A stretch of 40,662 nt of DNA from Gaiellaceae bacterium (GCA_046594035.1 JBKJQL010000033.1:1-40662); one strand, 5' to 3'; shown: positions 17,975 to 26,360, counted from the stretch's first letter. Numbers and translations are program-made. Notes: generated by a model not told the origin, from the letters alone.

Positions 17975-18066
17975 GGAGCGGCAGGGGCCGGTGCCCCAAC
18001 TGGTCTTCAAAACCAGTCCGGCGTGGCAACCCCACGCTTGCTCGGTTCGACTCCGGGGTCGCTCCG
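17975..18066 (+). tRNA. selC: tRNA-Sec (anticodon UCA)
   Basis: GGAGCGGC..GUCGCUCC forms an 8 bp acceptor stem with discriminator G. The anticodon arm is ACUGGU-CUUCAAA-ACCAGU. There is a long variable arm (GCGUGG-CAAC-CCACGC) and the T-loop GGUUCGACUCC. CCA is not encoded. Confidence 0.88.
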
Positions 18067-18299
18067 TTGCTTCGAAGCCCGCACGTTGGCAATCCGTCAA
18101 TCCTCAAGACCACGAGGCCCTGCGGCCGGCTGCAATCGCGGCGTCAGCTAGTGCGGAGCGCGACGAGACGAGATCCTCGTCCTTCGCGCCGAAATTATCC
18201 GGCGCACGTTTTACCTCGGTCGAACACGGCATTTACCGTCGCACGCCCCAGCGGAGCCAGGATGAGGCGAGTTTCCTGACAACCGAAAGGACACGATCA

Positions 18300-18770
18300 A
18301 TGAAGAGGGCCGTATCACTCGTTGCACTTGGCGCTGTCGCCGGAGCGCTCGCCATTCCCGCTGCGTTTGCGGATACCGATCCGCTCGCCGCCGTGAAGGC
18401 GGACATCGCGAAGCTGACGACGGACGCGACGGCGCGCCACGACCTGGTGGTCGCAGATGCCCAGAAGCTGGGCGCCGACGCGGAGGCCGCAATCGGCACC
18501 CCGCGCAAGACCGCGCTGGCGACGATCAAGGCCGATCGCGCGAAGCTGAAATCCGACCGCGAGGCTGCAACTGCAACCGTCAAGGCCGACCGGGCGCAGC
18601 TGAAGACGGACGTCGCAGCCGTACACGCGGCCAAGACGGGCAAGGGGCAGATGAAGGCTCTGCTTCAGCCGCTGCGGACGCTGCTCCAGCAGCAGCGCAC
18701 GGAGATCAAGTCCGCGCTGCAGGCGGCGCACGATGCCGTCAAGGCACTCCGCGCGAGCTACCAGCACTAG
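18300..18770 (+). CDS. Secreted alpha-helical repeat protein, function unknown
   Basis: Signal peptide MKRAVSLVALGAVAGALAIPAAFA, then three copies of a [AT][VI]KAD[IR]A[KQ]L[KT][ST]D motif. RBS aaagga lies upstream. Confidence 0.7.
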   Translation: MKRAVSLVALGAVAGALAIPAAFADTDPLAAVKADIAKLTTDATARHDLVVADAQKLGADAEAAIGTPRKTALATIKADRAKLKSDREAATATVKADRAQLKTDVAAVHAAKTGKGQMKALLQPLRTLLQQQRTEIKSALQAAHDAVKALRASYQH

Positions 18771-18798
18771 GCACCAGCCCGCCCGCTGGTGGTTCCAA

Positions 18799-18826
18799 AG
18801 GAAAGGCCCCGTCAGGGGCCTTTCCT
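18799..18826. terminator. Bidirectional intrinsic terminator hairpin between convergent genes
   Basis: aggaaaggcccc-gtca-ggggcctttcct, a 12 bp perfect stem. Confidence 0.7.
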
Positions 18827-18853
18827 CGTTGAGCGCGCCGTCCGTTCGCACGG

Positions 18854-20290
18854 TCAGTGAACGGGCGCTGGAGCCGCTTCGCCGGCCGTTACCTCGCTGG
18901 TGCGGAACAACGCAATGCCGAGCGTTGCCGCGGCGAGCGCGAAGATCGCGCCGACGAGGAACGCCAGGTGATACCCGCTGAGCAGGCTCGCGAGTTCGGC
19001 TGTGCCGCCGCTGCGCAGGCTGCTGCTCCGCGATGCCGCCACGCTCGCGAGCACCGCGAGCCCGAGCGCGCCGCCCATCATGAACGAGGTGTTGACGATC
19101 CCTGAGGCGAGGCCCGACTCCTCCGGTGCGACGTCGCTCATCGCTGCCATCAGCACCGGGTTGAAGGCGATGCCTGCGCCGAGTCCGAGCAGCACCATCT
19201 CCGGCAGGACGTCGACGATGAAGTTTCCGTCGATCGGCGCGCGCGCGAAGAGGGCGAGCCCCACCGCGGCGAACGTCAGACCGACAGCGAGCGGGCGCTT
19301 GATCCCGAACCGCATCACGATCTTCGCGGAGAACCCGAGGGACAACACGCCCATGATCAGGTTGCCCGGCAGGAACGCGAGCCCGACCTGCAGCGGGCTG
19401 TACCCGAGCACGAGCTGGAGGTACAGCGCGGAGAGGAAGAACCACGCGAACATCGCCGCGGACCAGAGCATGCCGATGACGCTGGCGGTGGAGAGATTAC
19501 GCAGCTTGAACATGCGAAGCGGCATCAACGGCGCCGAGACGCGCGCCTCGATCCCGATGAAGAGCGCGAGCAACGCCACCGCCGCGACCAGGAGGCCGAG
19601 CGTGCGACCGGAGCTCCAGCCGTTCTGATTCCCGTTCACCACTGCGTAGACAGCGAGCATCAAGGCCGAGGTGACGATGACCGCGCCCGCGACGTCTAGG
19701 CGCCCGCCCGACCGATCGTCCGACCTGCCCGGGAGGAGCCGCGTCGAGAACAGGATCACGACGACGCCGATCGGCAGGTTGACGAGGAAGATCCAATGCC
19801 AGTCCAGCGAGTCCGTGAGCAGTCCGCCGAGCAGCACGCCGATGCTGCCTCCACCGGAGGCGACGAAGCCGAACACGCCCATCGCCTTCGCGCGGTCGCC
19901 GGGCGAGGTGAACAGGTTCATCATCAGCGAGAGCGAGACCGCTGATGCGACCGCGCCGCCGAGGCCCTGCACGGCGCGCGCACCGACGAGGAAACCCTGA
20001 GAGCCTGCGAGCCCGCACGCGGCCGAGGCGAGCGTGAAGAGCGTGATGCCCGCGAGGAAGAGGCGCCGGTGGCCGTAGAGGTCGCCGAGCCTTCCGCCAA
20101 GGAGCAAAAAGCCGCCGAAGGTGAGCGTGTACGCGTTGATCACCCACGCCAGGGACGTCTCCGAGAAGCCGAGGTCGCTCCTGATCGACGGCAGCGCCAC
20201 GTTCACGATCGTCGTGTCGAGGACGATCATCAGGCTTGCTGCGCAGAGGACATACAGGGCCAGCCAGCGCGTACGGTCGTTCTCGGGCAT
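18854..20290 (-). CDS. MFS transporter, DHA2 (EmrB/QacA-like, 14-TMS) drug-efflux type
   Basis: LALYVLCAASLMIVLDTTIVNVALPSI..DLGFS..WVINAYTLTFGGFLLLGGRLGDLYGHRR. Confidence 0.9.
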   Translation of the reverse strand: MPENDRTRWLALYVLCAASLMIVLDTTIVNVALPSIRSDLGFSETSLAWVINAYTLTFGGFLLLGGRLGDLYGHRRLFLAGITLFTLASAACGLAGSQGFLVGARAVQGLGGAVASAVSLSLMMNLFTSPGDRAKAMGVFGFVASGGGSIGVLLGGLLTDSLDWHWIFLVNLPIGVVVILFSTRLLPGRSDDRSGGRLDVAGAVIVTSALMLAVYAVVNGNQNGWSSGRTLGLLVAAVALLALFIGIEARVSAPLMPLRMFKLRNLSTASVIGMLWSAAMFAWFFLSALYLQLVLGYSPLQVGLAFLPGNLIMGVLSLGFSAKIVMRFGIKRPLAVGLTFAAVGLALFARAPIDGNFIVDVLPEMVLLGLGAGIAFNPVLMAAMSDVAPEESGLASGIVNTSFMMGGALGLAVLASVAASRSSSLRSGGTAELASLLSGYHLAFLVGAIFALAAATLGIALFRTSEVTAGEAAPAPVH

Positions 20291-20353
20291 CGAGCAGCGA
20301 ACCTATCGCGGCGGCCCGACGGCGGGGCTCTGGCCTCAAGGCTAAAATGGCCC

Positions 20354-21166
20354 ATGACGTCGTACGAGCCGGGTGATTTCTGGGAGGGCCTGCTCAGCTC
20401 GCGCGAAGGGTTGACCGGCGTGGGGCACGGCGGATACGGCCCGCGATACAACCGCCACCTCTACCGCGTCAAGGAGCGCGCGGTTCGGGACGCGCTGACG
20501 CGCAACGGCATCGACCTGCGGGGTAAGCGCGTCCTCGACGTCGGCGCCGGTGTCGGCTATTTCACGAACGTCGCACGTCAACTCGGACGCGCGTCGTACA
20601 CGGGCTTCGACATCACGACGACGTCCGCTCAGCACGTTCGCTCGATCGATCCGGAGGCGGCGTTCGAAATCGTCGACATCACGGCCTCGCTACCACCTGA
20701 CATCAGCGGCCTCGGCCCCTTCGACGTCGTGTTGATGTTCGACGTCGCCTACCACATCGTCAATCCCGAGAAGCTTGCGCAGGCACTCGAGAACGTCTGG
20801 TCATTCGTCGAGCCTCGCGGGCATCTGCTTCTCGTGGACACGTTCGGGCAGCGCGAGCTCGTCCCTCGGACGAATCCCGGAGCCGTTCCGCACGTCGTCT
20901 TCCACTCACGCTCGGACTACGACCGGCTTCTCTTCTCGCGATCGGATGCGATCCTCGAGGACCTCGTTCCGATGTACTTCCTCTTCAACCGGCCGATCGT
21001 CGGCGATCGGTTCCCTTGGAACCGCGACCGCCTGAGCTGGCACCTGCGCTACCGACTCTTCGAGTCACGCGCGGTGCTGCAGGCAATGAATGCGCTTGAA
21101 CGCCTGCTTGCACCGCGCGTGCCGCGGAACCCGAGCTTGAAGATTGCGGTCGTTGCGAAGCGCTAG
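20354..21166 (+). CDS. Class I SAM-dependent methyltransferase
   Basis: Motif I VLDVGAGVGYFT, then FDVVLMFDVAYHI. Internal ATG of track ORF 20069..21166. Confidence 0.8.
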   Translation: MTSYEPGDFWEGLLSSREGLTGVGHGGYGPRYNRHLYRVKERAVRDALTRNGIDLRGKRVLDVGAGVGYFTNVARQLGRASYTGFDITTTSAQHVRSIDPEAAFEIVDITASLPPDISGLGPFDVVLMFDVAYHIVNPEKLAQALENVWSFVEPRGHLLLVDTFGQRELVPRTNPGAVPHVVFHSRSDYDRLLFSRSDAILEDLVPMYFLFNRPIVGDRFPWNRDRLSWHLRYRLFESRAVLQAMNALERLLAPRVPRNPSLKIAVVAKR

Positions 21167-21261
21167 TTTGCGGCGCAGTTCTCGGCCGCGAGCGCTTTCA
21201 CATTCGTGTTGGCAGCGGGTCGGACGCCGACGCGGGCCGAGCGGCAACTAGCATCGCTGCG

Positions 21262-22080
21262 ATGGCCAGGACGATCGCAGCCGCCCTAACGCCGCTCCGG
21301 GCGAACGGAACGGAGCTCGACGAGGACGCGCTCCAGCCGTATCTCACCTTTCTGAGCGCCGCCGGTGTCGAGGGTGTCTTGCTGCTCGGGACAACGGGCG
21401 AGGGCATTCTCTTATCTCTCTCTGAGCGTAAAAGGGCCATCTCAAACGCCGTAACAGGCCCTCTGCCCGTGCTGGCGCACTGCGGCGCGCAGTCGACGGC
21501 GGACACCGCGGGGCTTGCCGCGCACGCCGCCGAAGCGGGAGCGGAGGCCGTCGCGGTGATCGCGCCGCCGTACTTCCCCCTCGACGACGACGCGCTGCTC
21601 GCGCACTTCGTGACGGCAGCTCGAGCCTGCGCCCCGCTCCCGTTCTACGTCTACGAATTGGAAAAGGCCTCCGGGTACGCGATCCCCGTCTCCGTGATCG
21701 AGCGCCTGCGCGAGACGGTCGACAACGTCGCAGGGATGAAGGTGAGCGACGCGCCGTTCTCGAAGGTCGCTCCGTACATGCTCGAGGGGCTCGACGTCTT
21801 CGTCGGAGCCGAGGCCCTGATCGGCGAAGGGCTCGCGGCGGGCGCGGCCGGCGCCGTCTCGGGCCTCGCCTCCGCCTTCCCCGAGATCGTCGTCGAGGCG
21901 GTTCGCAGCGGAGACTCGACCGCGGCAGGCAAGTTGCGGGCCGTCGTCGAGCGCTTCCCCCGCCACGCGGCGTTGAAGGCCGTCGTCGCCTCGAAGGGCG
22001 TGCCGATGCGCGAAGACGTTCGGGCGCCACTGCGCGGGCTCACCGACGCCGAGCGCGCCGAGTTGCTCGCGTCTGTCTAG
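21262..22080 (+). CDS. Dihydrodipicolinate synthase / N-acetylneuraminate lyase family protein
   Basis: GVLLLGTTGEGILLS..VLAHCGA..VAVIAPPYF..FYVYE..AGMKVSD (candidate Schiff-base Lys). Confidence 0.85.
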   Translation: MARTIAAALTPLRANGTELDEDALQPYLTFLSAAGVEGVLLLGTTGEGILLSLSERKRAISNAVTGPLPVLAHCGAQSTADTAGLAAHAAEAGAEAVAVIAPPYFPLDDDALLAHFVTAARACAPLPFYVYELEKASGYAIPVSVIERLRETVDNVAGMKVSDAPFSKVAPYMLEGLDVFVGAEALIGEGLAAGAAGAVSGLASAFPEIVVEAVRSGDSTAAGKLRAVVERFPRHAALKAVVASKGVPMREDVRAPLRGLTDAERAELLASV

Positions 22081-22310
22081 TCCTTGCCGAGGTCGTCGAT
22101 CGCCTGGCGCGCCTTGGCGTGCACATCGGCGCGGCGGCCCTCGACCGTCTCCGGCTGAGGCGCCTCCGGTTCCGGCTCCTGCACCTTCGCCTGCGCGAGC
22201 TTCGCGCGCAGATCGTCCGCCGGATCGGGCGAGCGTGCAGGACGGGAGCGTCGCTTCAAAAGCGCCCTCAGCCCTAGGCCACCGGCCACGAGAGCGAGCA
22301 GTCGCTTCAC
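22077..22310 (-). CDS. Hypothetical 77 aa protein (weak call)
   Basis: Short hydrophobic N-terminus MKRLLALVAGGLGL followed by a charged Pro/Glu-rich tail. It shares a CTAG stop-stop overlap with the DapA-family gene. Confidence 0.35.
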   Translation of the reverse strand: MKRLLALVAGGLGLRALLKRRSRPARSPDPADDLRAKLAQAKVQEPEPEAPQPETVEGRRADVHAKARQAIDDLGKD

Positions 22311-22419
22311 CCCACCGATGCTACACTGCCGCCGCTTCTCGTCCCGCTCGTCGCGCCGTCTCCCGAAACGGCGTCCAGGAAGCGGGGCCGATTCAGTCCA
22401 TGGGAAGGAGAATTCGGGT

Positions 22420-22824
22420 TTGAACGACTACGAAATCATGCTGCTGCTGGACCCTGAGCTTGCTGAAGAGCGGGGCAACGAGATCATCCAGCGTATTCGC
22501 GACTCCGTCGACGGGGCCACGGGCTCCTGGGACGGCCACGAGCCGTGGGGTCGCCGCCGCCTCGCCTTCGAGATCGACCACAAGGGCGAAGCGGTCTACC
22601 ACCTGCTCCTCTTCAGCGCGCCGGCGGAGACGCTGGCCGAGATCACGCGCGTCCTGAAGATCACGGACGGTGTGATGCGCCACGGCGCCTTCCGCCGCGT
22701 CAAGGGCTCGACGAACATGAAGGCCCCGTCGCAGATCCCGGTCGGCGCGCCGGTCGCGCACGCGGCCCCGGCCGAGGACGACACCGCTCGTCCGGCCGAT
22801 GACATCGACCCGGCTGCGGAGTAG
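22420..22824 (+). CDS. rpsF: 30S ribosomal protein S6 with an acidic/Pro-Ala C-terminal tail
   Basis: TTG start 10 nt after GGAAGGAG. LNDYEIMLLLDPEL..WGRRRLAFEIDHKGEAVYHLLLF. Confidence 0.9.
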   Translation: MNDYEIMLLLDPELAEERGNEIIQRIRDSVDGATGSWDGHEPWGRRRLAFEIDHKGEAVYHLLLFSAPAETLAEITRVLKITDGVMRHGAFRRVKGSTNMKAPSQIPVGAPVAHAAPAEDDTARPADDIDPAAE

Positions 22825-22855
22825 CCTGGATCGACCCGTAGGAGAGGAGCGAGAA

Positions 22856-23305
22856 ATGGCAGCAAATATCAACCGCGTCGTGCTCGTCGGCAACCTGACC
22901 CGCGATCCCGAGCTGCGCCACACGCCTTCCGGCATGGCGGTCTGCAGCCTGCGCATCGCGGTCAACACGCGGCGCAAGGACGGTTCCACCGGCGAGTGGA
23001 CCGAGAAGCCGAACTACTTCGACATCACCGTCTGGGGCAACCAGGGCGAGAGCTGCGCGCAGTACCTCGCGAAGGGGCGCCCGGTCGCGATCGACGGTCG
23101 CCTCGAGTGGCGTGAATGGGATGCGCAGGACGGCACCAAGCGCCAGGCAGTCGAGGTGATCGCGGATTCCGTGCAGTTCCTCGGCGGGCGCAGCGACGGT
23201 GAGTCGTCCGGCGGCGCCGGTGGCGGCAACCAGTTCGTGCCCGCGGGCGCATCGGCAGGTTCCGATGCGGACTTCCAGGGCTCCGACGACGACATTCCGT
23301 TCTAA
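22856..23305 (+). CDS. ssb: Single-stranded DNA-binding protein
   Basis: [37 protein letters not shown].., a Gly-rich linker, and the acidic tip DDDIPF. Confidence 0.95.
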   Translation: MAANINRVVLVGNLTRDPELRHTPSGMAVCSLRIAVNTRRKDGSTGEWTEKPNYFDITVWGNQGESCAQYLAKGRPVAIDGRLEWREWDAQDGTKRQAVEVIADSVQFLGGRSDGESSGGAGGGNQFVPAGASAGSDADFQGSDDDIPF

Positions 23306-23315
23306 GGAGAAGGAT

Positions 23316-23597
23316 TTGGCAGCACCGAAATCGGATCGTGATCGCAAGGACGGCGGAAGCCGCAAGCGCAACGTGCCCAGTGGGCCGGGGCGCCGCAAGT
23401 CGTGCTTCTTCTGCAAGAGCAAGATCGACGAGGTCGACTACAAGAACGTCAACGAGCTCAGGCGTTACGTCTCGGAGAAGGGGAAGATCCGCAACCGCCG
23501 CATCAGCGGCGCGTGCCGGCGCCACCAGCGCCAGGTCGCCGTCGCCGTGAAGCGCGCACGTGAGCTCGCCCTGCTCCCGTACATCGGTGAGAAGTAG
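23316..23597 (+). CDS. rpsR: 30S ribosomal protein S18
   Basis: TTG start after [71 protein letters not shown]. Confidence 0.9.
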   Translation: MAAPKSDRDRKDGGSRKRNVPSGPGRRKSCFFCKSKIDEVDYKNVNELRRYVSEKGKIRNRRISGACRRHQRQVAVAVKRARELALLPYIGEK

Positions 23598-23608
23598 GCG
23601 GCGTGGCA

Positions 23609-24277
23609 ATGGAAGTGATCCTCAAGTCAGACGTTGACCATCTCGGCCTCCGCGGCGAAGTCGTCAACGTCGCCCGCGGCTACGCGCGCAACTTCCTCCT
23701 CCCTCGCGGGCTGGCTGAGGTTGCGACCCCGGCGCTCGTCAAGGAGCTCGAGAAGCGCGACGTCCAGCGGGCCCGCCATAACGCGCAGACGGTCGACGAG
23801 GCGCGCGCGATCGCGACGCGGCTCGAGGCTGTCGAGCTTCGCTTCGACGTGAACGCCGGCCCGACCGGTGCGCTGTTCGGCTCGGTCACCGCGACGAACG
23901 TCGCCGACCGGCTGTGGGAGCAGGAGCAGATCCGCGTCGATCGCCGCAAGCTCGACATGGACACGATCAAGCGCATCGGCCGCTACCGCGTCGCCTTCGA
24001 GATCTTCACCGACGTCGTCGTCGAGCTGAAGGTCGCCGTGGCGCCCGAAGGCCAAGAGCTTCCTCCGGAGGAGGAGCTGCTCGCACTCGCAGCGGCCGAG
24101 CAGGCCGAGGCCGAGGCGGCGGAGGCTGCCGCGCGGGCCGAGCACAAGGCTGCCGAGGCCGAGATCGACGCCCAGATCGTCGCCGAGGAAGAGGCTGCCG
24201 CCGCGGAGCCCGCTTCCGAGGATGGCTCCGCGGCTGCGGACGACGACGAGCGCACGGCCGTCGAAGAACTGTCCTAG
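23609..24277 (+). CDS. rplI: 50S ribosomal protein L9 with a roughly 70 aa Ala/Glu-rich C-terminal extension
   Basis: MEVILKSDVDHLGLRGEVVNVARGYARNFLLPRGLA.. GTG 23603 is an alternative start. The tail reads EELLALAAAEQAEAEAAEAAARAEHKAAEAE..AADDDERTAVEELS. Confidence 0.9.
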   Translation: MEVILKSDVDHLGLRGEVVNVARGYARNFLLPRGLAEVATPALVKELEKRDVQRARHNAQTVDEARAIATRLEAVELRFDVNAGPTGALFGSVTATNVADRLWEQEQIRVDRRKLDMDTIKRIGRYRVAFEIFTDVVVELKVAVAPEGQELPPEEELLALAAAEQAEAEAAEAAARAEHKAAEAEIDAQIVAEEEAAAAEPASEDGSAAADDDERTAVEELS

Positions 24278-24297
24278 CGCCTCCCGAGGGAACTTTC

Positions 24298-24486
24298 GTC
24301 CACAGGCTCTCCACGGGCCTGTGGATGAGTGTCCCCGTTTCTGTCCACAGGCGTTTCACACCTGTGGAACTTGGGCCAAAGTTGTCGCAAAGAGCGTCCA
24401 TTTCGTCCACTATCGTGAGGCGAACAGACGTTCTATAATTCCTGCATAGACGGCACCTTCGATACCCGTAAGCACGCTATCCACAC
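24298..24486. promoter_or_regulatory. Cluster of DnaA-box-like 9-mers in the rplI-dnaB intergenic region
   Basis: tcGTCCACA (to 24304), TGTGGATga (24320-24328), cTGTCCACA (24341-24349), TGTGGAAct (24363-24371) and cTATCCACA (24477-24485). The first four form two inverted pairs TCCACAGG-N11/N9-CCTGTGGA. Confidence 0.5.
24434..24439 (+). promoter_or_regulatory. Perfect TATAAT -10 hexamer upstream of dnaB
   Basis: ttcTATAATtcc lies in a locally AT-richer 20 nt patch, 88 nt before the dnaB ATG. I see no good -35 at 17 nt spacing. Confidence 0.4.
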
Positions 24487-24526
24487 CCTTCCAGACGGGG
24501 CCAAAGCCCGGTCTACTACGGAGCAG

Positions 24527-25885
24527 ATGGCCGCGCCCGCGCAAGCACTGTCGAACGCCCCGGTGCCGCCCCAGAACCTCGACGCCGAGGAGTCCGTCCT
24601 TGGCGCGATGATGCTCTCCCCGCTCGCGATCGGGTCGGTGACCGAGGTCACCAATCTGAGCGCCGGCGATTTCTACCGGGAGAGCCACGGCCACATCTTC
24701 AAGGCGATCCTCGCGCTCTACGCGAAGGGCGAGCCGGTCGACGCGATCACCGTCGTCGACGAGCTCGATCGCACCTCGCACCTCGACGGCGCCGGCGGAG
24801 CGGAGCGCGTGCACGAACTGGCCGCGCTCGTTCCCGCGGCCTCCAACGCGGCGCATTACGCCCGCATCGTCAGCGACATGTCGACGCTGCGCGGACTGAT
24901 CCGCGCCGGCAACGACATCGCGCGCCTCGGCTTCGACCGGCCCGGCGAGACCGTCGAACTCGTCGACCGCGCGGAGTCGATCGTCTTCGACCTGTCCCAG
25001 CAGCGCGTCTCCACCGAGTTCGCGCACATCGACGAGCTGCTCAAGGAATCGTTCGAGACGATCACCAAGCTGTACGAGGCCGGCAGCGACATCACCGGCA
25101 CCGCGTCCGGCTACCGCGAGCTCGACCGGCTGACCGCCGGGTTCCAGCCCGGCAACCTGATCATCATCGCGGCACGTCCGTCGATGGGCAAGTCGGCGCT
25201 CGCGCTCGGCATGGCGGCGAATGTCGCTGTGCGGCACGAGAAGCCGGTCGCCCTGTTCACGCTCGAGATGTCGAAGTCGGAGGTGACGCAGCGGCTGATG
25301 TGCTCGGAGGGCAAGGTCGAGTCGCAGCGCCTGCGCACCGGCAAGCTCGCCGTCGACGACTGGCCGCGTCTGACGGCCGCGTGCGACAAGCTCGCGAAGG
25401 CGCCGATCTACGTCGACGACACGGCCTCGATCACGATGATGGAGATCCGCTCCAAGCTGCGCCGCCTGAAGATGCGTCAGCCGGATCTCGGGCTCGTGAT
25501 CATCGACTACCTGCAGCTGATGACGAGCGGCACGTCCGCCGAGAACCGGGTGCAGGAGGTGTCGCAGATCTCGCGCGCGCTCAAGGTGCTCGCGCGTGAC
25601 CTCGACGTGCCGATCATCGCGCTCTCGCAGCTCTCGCGTGCCGTCGAGCAGCGGCACGACAAGCGGCCGATCCTCTCCGACCTGCGCGAGTCCGGCTCGA
25701 TCGAGCAGGACGCCGACCTCGTGATGTTCGTCTACCGCGACGAGTACTACAACCCGGAGGAGACGGACTCGGCGGGCATCGCCGAGGTCATCCTCGCCAA
25801 GCACCGAAACGGCGCGACCGACGGCATCAAGCTCGCGTTCCAGAAGCGGTACGCGAAGTTCGCCGACCTGGCGGCCGTCGCATGA
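24527..25885 (+). CDS. dnaB: Replicative DNA helicase DnaB (no intein)
   Basis: PPQNLDAEESVLGAMML..LIIIAARPSMGKSALAL (Walker A)..LVIIDYLQLM (Walker B)..ALSQLSRAVEQR..DLRESGSIEQDAD. SD ggag lies upstream. Confidence 0.95.
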   Translation: MAAPAQALSNAPVPPQNLDAEESVLGAMMLSPLAIGSVTEVTNLSAGDFYRESHGHIFKAILALYAKGEPVDAITVVDELDRTSHLDGAGGAERVHELAALVPAASNAAHYARIVSDMSTLRGLIRAGNDIARLGFDRPGETVELVDRAESIVFDLSQQRVSTEFAHIDELLKESFETITKLYEAGSDITGTASGYRELDRLTAGFQPGNLIIIAARPSMGKSALALGMAANVAVRHEKPVALFTLEMSKSEVTQRLMCSEGKVESQRLRTGKLAVDDWPRLTAACDKLAKAPIYVDDTASITMMEIRSKLRRLKMRQPDLGLVIIDYLQLMTSGTSAENRVQEVSQISRALKVLARDLDVPIIALSQLSRAVEQRHDKRPILSDLRESGSIEQDADLVMFVYRDEYYNPEETDSAGIAEVILAKHRNGATDGIKLAFQKRYAKFADLAAVA

Positions 25886-26136
25886 CAACCACTGTGTGGC
25901 TCTCCCCCTCCGCCACGGCGTTCTCATGCCTGTGCGAACCCTGCCTGGAGACCGCGCGCCTCTCGGGTGCGCTCTTCGCGGACGCGCTTTCGAGTGCGAG
26001 CGTTCGCGGTTCGGTCGCGCCGGATGCTGCTGTGGCCGTCGTGCACTGCGACGGCGGGCACGAGATCGTCCTACGCCGCGTCGAGCGCCCGCCCGCACTG
26101 ACACGCCCCGACGACCGGCAGCTGCAGATCGCATGA
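25882..26136 (+). CDS. Small Cys/His-motif protein (84 aa), paralog 1, translationally coupled to dnaB
   Basis: Its ATG overlaps the dnaB TGA as ATGA. VWLSPSATAF..CEPCL..HCDGGHEIVLRRV. High GC3. Confidence 0.6.
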   Translation: MTTTVWLSPSATAFSCLCEPCLETARLSGALFADALSSASVRGSVAPDAAVAVVHCDGGHEIVLRRVERPPALTRPDDRQLQIA

Positions 26137-26348
26137 TCGAGCGGCAGCATGTCTGGCTCGGTCCGGAGGCGACGTCCTTCGACGAACCGTGCGAGGCATG
26201 TCTGTCCGTGCGCGAGTCGCTCGCCGCAGACGCCTGCGTGGTCCACGGAACGCTGCGCCGTGAGGCGGACGTGGGCTTCACGACCTGCCGGCGCGGCCAT
26301 CGCATCGTCATGCGGCGCATCGTGCGCCCGCTCGCCCGCGCGGTCTAG
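26133..26348 (+). CDS. Small Cys/His-motif protein (71 aa), paralog 2
   Basis: Its ATG overlaps the paralog-1 TGA as ATGA. VWLGPEATSF..CEACL..TCRRGHRIVMRRI. This is the internal ATG of track ORF 25896..26348. Confidence 0.6.
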   Translation: MIERQHVWLGPEATSFDEPCEACLSVRESLAADACVVHGTLRREADVGFTTCRRGHRIVMRRIVRPLARAV

Positions 26349-26360
26349 TTCGCTTCGCTC

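Noticed and set aside
24298-24486. Calling the DnaA-box cluster the chromosomal replication origin (oriC).
   Set aside because: There is no dnaA or dnaN nearby. Only a roughly 20 nt mildly AT-rich patch could act as an unwinding element, and there are few boxes compared with actinobacterial origins. I report it as a DnaA-box cluster of unknown role.
24410-26320. 636 aa ORF on the minus strand spanning the whole dnaB region; similar cases include 25827..27383 (518 aa), 16226..17263 and 28743..29630.
   Set aside because: These lie antisense to genes with unmistakable motifs (DnaB, PiT-like permease, SelB). Their translations are Arg/Ala/Pro/Gly-rich low-complexity strings typical of stop-poor off-frames in roughly 70% GC DNA. 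I see no domain signatures.
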